Shown one piece after another: positions 51,685 through 62,085 of a DNA stretch of 64,000 nucleotides. Position numbers and translations under genes: made by a program. Origin of the DNA: Zancudomyces culisetae HAW-14-8 (Eukaryota; Fungi; Kickxellomycota); NCBI GenBank assembly GCA_052426225.1, contig JBNJNM010000006.1, positions 682,001 through 746,000 on the forward strand, in the 5' to 3' direction. A model generated the notes under the pieces. That model was not told where the DNA came from. It made no database searches and was given only the letters and a program-made list of their open reading frames with translations. Numbering within the stretch: the first letter of the stretch is position 1; every line of letters begins with the position of its first letter.

Positions 51685-53203
51685 AGAGGGAGATACTGTC
51701 ATAACCATAAAATATAATTAAATTCTAGACCGTTGTGTCTATTTATTTTATTGGTAAGTTTAAATTACGAATTTTAATTAATAAATTCGTAATTATCATT
51801 TCATGATTTTCTAAAACATTCTAGAAATTTTATTATTACATAATAATTTTAATAATAAGTTCCTGTCTAGAAAATTTTGATTAGTAATCAAGCGATAGAA
51901 GCAATAATTTTTATTCAAGTTTCTAACTTTTTTATAAGTATAAAAACCCTAGTTTTTTCCTTAAAATTTCTATTCCTTATCTGACAACAATTGTCTTATA
52001 TAAATAAAAAAAAATAGTACTAAACTAAATATTCCTAAACCAGTTTTGACACCTAGTTATTTATTGTAGTTAAATTATATTTGAATTTAAAGTGAGTTTT
52101 AAAACTATAAATACTTAGTGATTTTATTGTAAAGATCTTTAGCAATAAAATAACAACTTCTTTAACTATAGTTTTCGACAATAAATTAAATAATAATATC
52201 ACTCAGTTGTCAAGTCCTGACAGAGTTTGACCCTTGATTAGTTTCATGATTTTCAATGTTGGGGTTTAGTTCAACATTGTTTTGTTTTGGTTATGTAAAA
52301 TAAAAACAGTTACTAAAAATCGAATATGTAATAAATGAATTTCATGATTACCTAAATCAATTTATGTAACTTTACTAAAATGGAAATTCAACTTACTAAT
52401 TTAATTAAACTAAAATAGAAATAAAATTAATTAAAAATAAATTATAGAACTACGTTCTATTCATAACACTCAAGCTACCTGACAATATGAAAATTCATCC
52501 CGTCTTCCACGTGTTCCTGCTTAAACCTCATAAACAGACACCATATTCAAACCGTACCCAACCACTCCCACCTCCTATCATAGTAGACAATCAAGAAAAA
52601 TACGAAGTATCTTCTATCCTGGACTCCAAGTTTGTTAAAAGGAAGTTAAAGTATCTGATTGATTGGAAAGGATACAGTCCTGAAGATCGGACATGGGAAT
52701 ATGCTGAAGACGTTCATGCACCTGACCTCGTTACCAAGTTCCATGCCAGATATCCAGAAAATCCAAGACCGCGTGCCAGCATTAGAGAGGGATGATGTCA
52801 TGATTTATCATGCCTTTTGAAATTAAATACACGTGTTGTATTTAATTACCAAATTGCTGCGCAATTTTCTCAAATATCATTTTGGGAAATTAATTTTGTT
52901 GATTGCGCAGTAGATTAGGTAATTTAGAAACGTGTTAAAATTACGACATTTTGCTGCGCAATTACACGTTTTACATTACTAATCAATTGATTATTAATCA
53001 TTCTAGAATTCTAACATTCCAGAATTTTCTATATAGTTATAACAATGTTTTTCATAGTTTTTTAGTAGTTTTGGAAAAGTATATATAGCCATAGATTTTA
53101 TTGAAAGAGAACTTCAGCAATAAAATATCTTCACAAGATATATACTACTTTAAATAACTTATTAAAATAAAATAAAATAATACTTAGATGTCAGGTCCTG
53201 ACA

Positions 53204-53704
53204 CTGACAGCGCAAGTGGAATGGGAGATAACTCCCAGGATGTTCAGCAAGATAGATCGAATGTTCGGTCCCCACGACATCGATCTATTTGCCTCAGCGA
53301 CCAACAAGAAGGTTCCCTTGTACATGACCTGGTACAGGGACCCGTTGGCGGTAGCCTCCAATGCTCTCCGTTACCATTGGAACCTATGGAGGAACCCTTA
53401 CATCTGTCCTCCATGGAACTTGATACCCCAGGTCATCCAAAAGGTCAAGAGGGAGAAACTTTCCGTGACCTTGGTGACCCCATACTGGAAGTCGAGCCTT
53501 TGGTTCCCGGATCTCTGGGCCCTGTCGACCTCCAGTCCACTTCTGATCCCTGCCCGGAAAGTTCTAGCAGACACCTCAAGCGGAAAACGCCTCATAAACA
53601 AGAACAAGAGCTGGAGGCTAGCCGCTTGGAGGTTAAGCGGTCACGGTATGTCGAAGCGGGACTCAAAGATCATGCCTTGACGCTTATTACCAGTAATCAC
53701 AAGT
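53204..53704 (+). mobile_element. DIRS1-type retrotransposon fragment: Dam-like methyltransferase (MT) domain overlapping the start of the tyrosine recombinase ORF
   Basis: EWEITPRMF...GPHDIDLFAS...NPYICPPWNLIPQVIQKV..EK..VTLVTPYW.SSLWFPDL is the typical DIRS MT domain. A second frame overlaps it at the 3' end. Confidence 0.82.
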
Positions 53705-54035
53705 TGTCATGATCCATTCATGACATTATTGCTATTTTTAATAATTTGGTTTTACCCCATATTATTAAATGTTAACTGTGTGTCAGGACCTGACACTAAG
53801 TACTATAATTATAACTTGATACTTTATTCATTAAATAAAATACTATGGAATAAAAGTATTTTATTGCTAAAGATCTCCTTTGCAATCAAATCCTTTCGTT
53901 TATATAATTTACCTAAACAGAATTTTAAAACGTAAAATAAAACTTAATCAAAATGAAACTAGAGAATGTATAAACTAAAACATCGTAAATATTTTAACTG
54001 CAATATTTTTATGAATTGCAGTTATTGAAACATTC
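53705..54035. mobile_element. Two abutting LTR fragments: G-family 5' part (+, 53705..53780) and a related LTR H (-, 53781..54035)
   Basis: 53705..53780 matches the start of the 45184 LTR. 53781 begins TGTCAGGACCTGACACTAAG, the reverse complement of the E-type U5 end. Confidence 0.75.
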
Positions 54036-56324
54036 TGTCACGACTTGACACTAAGTACTATTTGTATTAACTATGGCTATGACTTATTTAATAAAATACT
54101 ATGAGATGAAAAGTATTTTATTGCTAAAGTTTTCTAAAGCAATAAAATCCTTGTCCTTATATAGTTTAACAATATACAAAATTAATTGTAAAACATTATA
54201 AAAACTATACTTAAACTATAACTTAAACTAAATAATATTAACTGCAACTCCGCAGTTAACATTTAATAATATGGGGTAAAACCAAATTATTAACAATTAT
54301 TAATTCTTACTCCATAATTAATAATTTAAGGATTAAGAATTAAAGCGGAGAAAACGTTAATAAATTTAACATTTGCTATTTTTAATACCATATTAAAAAT
54401 AGCAATAATGTCATGAATGGATCATGACATCACTCCCCTCTAATGCCTACTCAAGGACCTGGCTTATTCGGATATTGGTTGTGGAAGTCGGCTACAATTT
54501 CAGGGGCGTGAACATCTGATGCGTCTTCCCATGTTCTATCCTCAGGTGCGTATCCTTTCCAGTCGATTAGATATTTCAATTTACCTTTGGATATTTTAGA
54601 GTCGAGTATAGCAGCTACTTCTTACTCTTCTTGGTTATCAACAATAACAGGTGGAGGTGGTAGTTCTTGAATACAGTTAAACATTTCAGTGGTCTTCTAT
54701 GGTTTCAAGAGTGATAAATGAAATACAGGGTGTATTCTCATGGTTGCAGGAAGTTTGAGTCTTGCAGCTACTGGGTTAACCATCTCAATGATTTCAAATG
54801 GTCCGATGTATTTGAAATCCAGTTTTTGAGATGGTTTCATGGTTTTAAGATTGGTTTGAGACAACCAAACCTTATCTCCTGGACTGAAAACAACTTGAGG
54901 TTTTCTTTTGCGATCAGAAACCTCTTGTAGTTCTCCTTGGCCTTACTTAGGTGTAGTTTTAACTCAGTTGAATAGTTTGTAGATGACTAGCAAACTCCTG
55001 AGCACTTGGGACATTGGAATCCCTGGAATTGCTAATATTAAACTGGGGGTCATACCCATAATTAGCATGGAATGGACTGACTTTAGTACTAAAATGAGTT
55101 GCATTGTTGTAAGCAAACTCAGCCATTGGAAGCAACTGACACCAATTATCTTGTTGATAGTTAACAAAACACCTCAAATACTGTTCAAGTATTTGATTGA
55201 TGCGTTCAGTTTGACTATCAGATTGTGGGTGGTATGCAGTAGAGTGATGAAGTTTGATGTTTAGAAGTCGAGAGAGTTCGGTCCAAAACTTGGATACAAA
55301 CTGTGTGCCACGATCAGATATAATGCTACTTGGAAGTCCATGTAGTTTAAATACATGATCCATAAAACTAGAAGCAGTAACAGAAGCAGATGGTGTACTT
55401 TTGAGTGGAATGAAATGAGCCATCTTGGTGAGACGATCCACAACAACCAGTACAACAGTGTTGCCCTGTGAACGTGGTAGTTCCACAATGAAATCCATTG
55501 ATACTGATTCCCAAGGACGATTGGGAGTATTCAATGGCATTAAGAGTCCCGATGGCTTAGTAGTGATGTGTTTTGCTCGATTTCAGGTATCGCAAGAGTC
55601 AATGTAGTCTCTTATTGTGACTTTCATGTTTGGCCACCAGAACTGACGTGAAACCAAGGACATAGTTTTAGCGTGACCAAAATGACCAGCTGGCAGTGAG
55701 TCAGACACATGGCAAGAACTTGAAGACGCAGTGATTCAGGAACAAACATCCTATCGTTGTACAATAAGATTTTATCAGAACAGGAGACTTTTGAGTTGTT
55801 TAGAAGTTCTTGAGCTTGAGTATCAGATACAGTAATTGCTTTGATTTGAGAAATGATATCACTAGTCTGGCTGGTTTCAATAGCTGCAATTACAAACTTG
55901 GGTTGCCAGATAGGTCTATCTTCAAGATTCACCCCCTCCTTATGCTCATCCTTCCTAGATAGAGCATCTGCTTTACCGTTTTGTGATCCTGGACGGTAAG
56001 TAAGCTCGATATCAAACCGGGTTAGGAACAGGGCCCATCTTGCTTGACGCTGATTTAGAATCTTGGCGGAGCGGAAATACTCAAGATTCTTGTGGTCGGT
56101 GATGACCAAAACCGGATGAGAGGCACCTTCTAGATGATGTCGCCACTCTCGAGGGCACATTTGATGGCTAGTAGTTCCTTGTCATAGATGTGGTAGTTTC
56201 TTTCAGCAGGATTCAGCGTTCGGGAATAGAAAGCTACAGGATGAGTTTCGCCATTAATTTTCTGAGATAACACAGCTCCTAGAGCAAAGTTGGATGCATC
56301 ACATTCGAGGAGAAACTGAGTTTC

Positions 56325-56574
56325 TGTAATGGCCAATCAGGTGACATCTAACCTCCTATAACATTTATTCTAATATTTACTTAGTATTTAATTAATAACA
56401 TTTGCCTAGCTGTAATTCCTTAAGAATTACAAAATGTCACTGAACGAGTTTTATTAGTTAAACAGGTTGTAATTCTTAAGGAATTACAGCTAGGCAAATG
56501 TTATTAATTAAATACTAAGTAAATATTAGAATAAATGTTATAGGAGGTTAGATGTCACCTGATTGGCCATGACA
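56325..56574. mobile_element. 250-bp foldback (MITE-like) element with 108-bp arms, TG...CA ends and the 5-bp TSD GTTTC
   Basis: Arms 56325..56432 and 56467..56574 are reverse complements with one mismatch. Removing the element restores pol HPDPET|[10 protein letters not shown]. Confidence 0.9.
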
Positions 56575-57645
56575 GTTTCTGGGTCAGGATGTGAGAGAAC
56601 GGGAGCTGTGGTACATTGTTCCTTGATATTTTCAAACGCAGATTGTTGTGCTGAGCCCCAGATAAACTGGGCATTATTCTTGAGTAAGGAGGTAATCGGA
56701 GTAACAATACGTGAGAGTTCTTGGATAAAACGGCGATAGAAGTTAACAAATCCAAGGAAGGATTGGATGTCCTTGACTGATTTTGGTGTATCTCAATCCA
56801 ATATTGCAGATACTCGAGACGGATCCATGACTAGGCCTGCAGGTGTGATTATGAAGCCTAAAAACTCTACTCTTTCTTGGTCAAACTCACACTTTTCAAG
56901 TTTGGCGTAGAGTTTGTGAGTAATCAGTCTTTCTAAAACAGTACGAACATGAATAGTATGTTCTTCAGGTGTTGCAAAAAATACCAGAATGTCATCAAGG
57001 TATATGACAACATAGACGTCTAGGATATCACGAAAAACGTCATTGACAAATGATTGAAAGGTTCCAGGAGCATTAGCCAGGCCGAATGGCATAACTTTGT
57101 ACTCAAACTGACCATACTGTGTTCGGAAAGCCGTTTTTTCTTCATCGCCTTTCCTTATGCGTACCAGATTGTACGCGCCACGCAGATCAAGTTTGGTGAA
57201 GATTTTGGCAGATTGAACTCGTTCCAGTAGCTCAGTCATCAACGGTAAAGGATACCGGTTACGTTTGACGACTTTTTTTAGAGCTCTGTAGTCCACAACT
57301 AGTCTTAAAGAGCCATCTTTTTTACCTGTGAAGAATACAGGGGCTCCAGCAGGTGATTTCGAGCGGACTATGAAACCTTTTGCAAGGTTTTCATCGATGT
57401 ACTCTTTAAGCGCTGTTCGCTCCTTTGGTGCAAGTGGATAAATTGGTCCATACGGTAAGGCGGCATTGGGTAACAGATCGATTGGGCAGTCATAAGGGCG
57501 ATGAGGAGGTAGAGTATCGGCCTTTTGTTTGTCAAAAGCTTGGCTGAGGTCTTGATATTTACTTGGAATAGTAGCAGTTAAGGAATCAGGAGGTGGTGAA
57601 ATTGGTTTGGCTTGTTTTATCATGCCTATCAAATTATAAAGAAGA

Positions 57646-58057
57646 TGTCAAGATCTGGAGTCAGGAGAGTTATATTTATTATTATTAAAGTTTATTGTAT
57701 GAATGTATACAAGATACTAGATACTGAATCCAAGACAGGTAAATTGTACCCTTTTTATACTTTTTTCCAGCCTTGGTTTTTGAACAAAATCACTATGAAA
57801 ACTGCGGAATAGCTAAAAATGCAAGTTAAAGTAAAACGTGTTTGATTACTAATCAAATTGGATTAGTAATCAAACAAAAATCAAATATGAATGCTAATAA
57901 AATTAAACATGTGTAAATTATTACGTAAGAAAAATTAATAAATAATGTGAATTTTCGGTATGTTCTAGAATGTTCCCCAACATTCTAGAACATTACTGCG
58001 GATGTAAATCAGATGATTCTAGAACGTTTTCGAACATTCTAGAATCAGTTCATGACA
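57646..58057 (-). mobile_element. Solo LTR inserted between PR and RT of element F
   Basis: TGTCA...TGACA termini, AT-rich, TATAAAAA and AATAAA on the minus strand. No TSD found. Confidence 0.7.
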
Positions 58058-59377
58058 CGGCACTTTGAATTGAGATTTCGCTGATATCGGAACTTGGTGA
58101 GTAGTACAGCTCAGAATCCAACGAATACACTGATTCAAGTTCGTAATCAAAATCTGTTTTATATTCTAGATCAGAATTTTTATCATCATTTTCAGAATAT
58201 AGTGCGGATTCAGATTCCTGAACTTGAACTTCAACTTCTTTACTGAGCCTTAACTGTGGTGTTTCTTGAAGAGTATTATGGTTCTGGTCTTGACATTGAT
58301 CAGTGTTTGCTTGTACTTGGCTGTGACTGTGACTGTGGCTGTGACTGTGGCTGTTGCTTTTCTGGCTTTGAAATTTCTGGACTTGGCTGTGGTTTTTCTC
58401 GGAGTACGTTTCCTTTTGACCATGGCTGTAGTTTTCCTGGCTATGAGTTTGTTGTTCTTGGCTATGAGTTTGTTGTTCTTGGCTATGAGTTTGTTGTTCT
58501 TGGCTGAGAGTTTTTTGTTCTAGGCTGTGAGTTTTGGTGTAGTTGTGACTTTCATGGTTGTTGGTATCATTATTTTGGATTACTACTGGTGGCATTGGAC
58601 TTGGACCTGGCAAATTAGTTATGACTTGACTGTGGCTTTCTTTGAGTTTGGCTTTCTTTGAATTACAATTTATCAGACAGTATTTGGAATTTAAGCTGAT
58701 CTGTCTTCTTTTCCAATGGATCGATGGTTCATGTTCTTCTAACCATGGAAGTCCCAGAATTATGTCAACATGATAAGACGTAATTATTTCAAACGTGGCA
58801 GTTTCGTGGTGTGCACCAATGTGAAATTCTAGTGGATGGGTATGGTGTGTAATTGGTCCAGAGTTCATAGACGTACCATCAATAAACTCAACTGGAATAG
58901 GAGTTGACTTTGGTTTGGTTGGAATAGAATTGTCAATAACAAACTTCTGGTTTATGAACAAACCAGAAGCACCAGAATCTATCATGGCAGTAACTTGTAG
59001 TCTCACACCATTTGGAAGGTGTAGGCTAATAGAAACGAGGAAACGGTGTGGATTGTAGACGTCTCGAATGCTGCTAACTCTATGGCTAAGTTGATTGGAA
59101 CGGGGGAAGTCTCTTGGCGCAGTGTTTTGGTTCAGGATTGGCTTCCCAATTAAGCCTGAACCCGGTGGTTTCCCTGTTTGATTTTTTTCTGTTTCTCGGG
59201 ACAGGTGGTAACTTGGTGGCCTTCTCCGCCGCAGTAATAGCAGAGACCAAGTTTCATTCTGCGTTCTCTCTCGGTTGGAGAGACGACACGCTGGACAGCA
59301 TCCACTTGCATCGGTTCTGGCTGAGAGCCGGTGGCTTGTACATAAGGCTGAATGCCTCCTCTTCTTCTGGCTTTGTC

Positions 59378-59773
59378 TGTCATGATCCATTCATGACATT
59401 ATTGCTATTTTTAATATGGTATTAAAAATAGCAAATGTTAAATTTATTAACGTTTTCTCCGCTTTAATTCTTAATCCTTAAATTATTAATTATGGAGTAA
59501 GAATTAATAATTGTTAATAATTTGGTTTTACCCCATATTATTAAATGTTAACTGTGGAGTTGACAGTTAATATTATTTAGTTTTAAGTTATAGTTTAAGA
59601 ATAGTTATTATTATGTTTTACAATTAATTTTGTATATTGTAAAACTATATAAGGACAAGGATTTTATTGCTTTAGAAAACTTTAGCAATAAAATACTTTT
59701 CATCTCATAGTATTTTATTAAATAAGTCATAGCCATAGTTAATACAAATAGTACTTAGTGTCAAGTCGTGACA
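59378..59773 (+). mobile_element. G-family LTR (long variant), inverted relative to the 3' LTR of element F
   Basis: Near-identical to the reverse complement of 54036..54429. It truncates gag of F and abuts DIRS YR sequence. Confidence 0.88.
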
Positions 59774-60250
59774 ATAAGGCTCACGGTTGTGGCACCTAAA
59801 GAGAAACGAATGGGCCTATCCATCACCAAGACAGTCACTATCCACAAGCATTCACTCTCATACTTATGCCCAGTGCTAACATACATCGAGTATGTTAACA
59901 GATTGGGTCCAGATGCATTTACATCTGCATCACCCCACCCTAGGAACAACAATACCAACATTGTCTACCTCATCAGGGCGATCAACAACAAGAACAACAA
60001 AATCGGAGCACAGAGGATCGGTAAACATATAAATTTCTTTATTGATTTGATTAAATTACCGAAAGGAATCAAAAGACCTAAAGCTAGGGCATTGGGATCT
60101 ACAATCGCAACGGATGCAGGAGCAAACATCGATGATATAGTCGCACATGGATTTTGGTCGTCTAGACTCGTCTTTGATTCGCTCTACAGATTGTCACGAG
60201 AATCTCGAACCAATCTAACCGAATCTATATTTAGGAATAAATATGGATGA
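59774..60250 (+). mobile_element. DIRS tyrosine recombinase C-terminal fragment
   Basis: APKEKR, LCPVLTYIEYV and KARALGSTIA..AGANIDDIVAHGFWSS..VFDSLYRL, including the catalytic Tyr region. Confidence 0.8.
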
Positions 60251-60252
60251 AC

Positions 60253-60832
60253 ATCAAGCGTATTTTTCCGATTGAAGAACTATTACAATATGGTTGAATG
60301 TAAATGAAAACCATAAGTAATTGTACGAAGAGGAAAAATATGCTTGATCCCACTCATCCACTCCCAATATACACCTGCTCAAAAAACAATTACTCGATTT
60401 AAGATTAGAGATCAGATTGGATAGATTGGTATCGAAATTTCGATTTTCCAATTATTCGCCCTATATTACTATTATTTATATTATTTACTATTATTATTTA
60501 TTACTATGAGTGTAATAATTGATAAGCAGTGTACTACGCGTGGACTACGCGCATATTACTGTAGTCAAATAGTAGCACTGAAGTAGTCCAAAACATAGCA
60601 CGCTGCAAATGGTGAAGAATTTCAAATAAAGTACGATAGTCAGATTGATCGTTATTTGCGAAAATATTTTATAAGCAAAAATTACTGATAAAATTTCTAC
60701 TATTTTTATTATCTTAATTGGTGAATCAAATTATAATCATATTTGGTGAGTAATTTCGAATTGAAATAAAGACTGTGCACATCAAGTGTATTTTCCTCTT
60801 CGTACAATTTGGTATGAATTTTCATTCAACCT
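60253..60832 (+). repeat. DIRS 3' structure: internal complementary region (~60253..60348) and right terminal repeat (to ~60830)
   Basis: 60301-60348 is complementary to 60781-60828 (core AATTGTACGAAGAGGAAAA / TTTTCCTCTTCGTACAATT). 60253-60269 is complementary to 60332-60348. Confidence 0.72.
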
Positions 60833-60949
60833 AATTGTTTGTAGAAATCAATTAATAATAAATACTATTTAGAACATTAATCTTTATGCAGAGTTTGCAT
60901 GGTCCCAACTTATTCATTGACAATTGTCATTTAGCAACGTTTTTCTAAA

Positions 60950-61600
60950 TCCGTATATTGTCATCTATTAGATGGTCTTATAAATAATTTAAACTCTTTC
61001 AAAACGATTTTAAAATTCCATTCCATTGTTATTGGTATTTAGTAGTATGTTTTCTGTTCTCCCATTAAGTAAATTCCATATTGTAAATCCATGAGTATTT
61101 TTTCTCCCAGGTATTTACCTTTTCAACTTTAGAGTGTGTATGTATATGTCGTATATGATTCTATCTTTGTGGTTATTATTGTCATTGTCTCGTAAAAAGT
61201 CAGATATTTTAACCAGTACTCTCTTAATCGTTTGCATTCATATCTCAGTGTTTATTGTGTATTTTTTTTTTTGAGGAGTTACAGTTACTATTTCATTATT
61301 TATTAAACCATTTTATTTTTTATCATAAATGTATACTTTTCAAATTTTTATTGTATTTGTTCCTAATTTTTGATTCGATTGTGATACAAGCCTCACAGTA
61401 GTATTGTGTAGTCTCGAATAATATGTGTGGTGCGTTGTTTTTTAATCATCAGCTTTACCGATTGTTTATGTGGTGTTGTGATTGTATTATGATAATTGTT
61501 AAAAATAGTGGTTTTTAATCATAATTAAATACCACAATGGATTGTATCCTTGTAAGGTCTGGTGTTTATCCAAAAATAAATTTTTTTGGCTTTATAAAAC
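60950..61600 (-). pseudogene. Possible highly decayed LINE RT remnant
   Basis: Scattered minus-strand remnants in the expected order: LQG..., KADD, KYLG, KLFIRP. Many stops. Confidence 0.3.
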
Positions 61601-61666
61601 ACACAAAGATGGAAAATTATCGAAACCGCAAAAGGGTTGCGTTATATTGAATAGGAAATTTAGTGA

Positions 61667-61925
61667 TTGAACAATTATAATTTGAATAGAAATCGATCAA
61701 AGGTGGGGATGTATGAATCATTATGTACTTTATAGCAGTTATCTTGAAATATTATACAATACAGGTTCTTTTAAAAGCATAATACAGAAAAATAGCAACC
61801 AGCAGTTAAAGTATTGTGTTATCAGAAAATACACTTGTATTTATGGTGGATTGATTTAACTTGACTTCAAGTGTTGGGACACTCAAATACAAGTAGTACA
61901 CATGTTTACAAAAAACTATAAATAG
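61667..61925 (+). promoter_or_regulatory. Duplicate upstream/TATA region of secreted-repeat gene 2
   Basis: Identical to 39089..39347. Confidence 0.8.
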
Positions 61926-62085
61926 GCAACTTTTGTGTCAATAATTTTTAACACAAAACCCCCTCCTAGTATATCCTATTCCTATATATAATACTAATAA
62001 CATAATAAAATACGAGAATTTTATGTCAAGAAGCTAGTTTAAAGAAAATTTAATTAATAAAGCTAATACAAACAAGTAATTAAAA

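Larger units (their letters stand above)
46357..52051 (+). mobile_element. Intact full-length Ty3/Gypsy chromovirus (element D), LTRs 46357..46711 and 51697..52051
   Basis: Two 355-bp LTRs that look identical by eye, TG...CA ends, TSD CCTAG (46352-56 and 52052-56), PPT AAAGAGGGAG before the 3' LTR, and uninterrupted gag and pol. Confidence 0.97.
46094..52222 (+). mobile_element. Solo LTR C (~430 bp: 46094..46356 + 52057..52222), split by element D
   Basis: TGTCATGATCCAATCATGACA...TGTCAAGTCCTGACA flanked by the TSD GAGTT (46089-93 and 52223-27). Confidence 0.85.
45877..52468 (-). mobile_element. Solo LTR B (~460 bp: 45877..46093 + 52228..52468), split by later insertions
   Basis: TGTTA...TAACA termini flanked by the TSD CTCAA (45872-76 and 52469-73). 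TATA and AATAAA read on the minus strand. Confidence 0.8.
45804..53203 (+). mobile_element. 3' remnant of chromovirus E: integrase C-terminus and chromodomain (45804..45876 + 52474..52795), PPT and 3' LTR 52796..53203, interrupted by the nested stack
   Basis: Removing 45877..52473 restores KLDFKYIGPFEIIEMVNPVTAKLK|LPDNMKIHPVFHV...YEVSSILDSK...YLIDWKGYSPEDRTWE. PPT AGAGAGGGATGA; TGTCA...TGACA LTR. Confidence 0.85.
54036..59377 (-). mobile_element. Decayed chromovirus F: 3' LTR 54036..54429, PPT, pseudogenised pol (PR, RT, RH, IN, chromo) and the gag C-terminus, truncated at 59377
   Basis: AMIDSGA, YLDD, ECDASN, SMDF/SDRG, YLIDWKGY and CYYCGGEGHQVTTC are present with stops and frameshifts. The PPT AGAGGGGAGTGA lies next to a G-family LTR. 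Confidence 0.9.
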
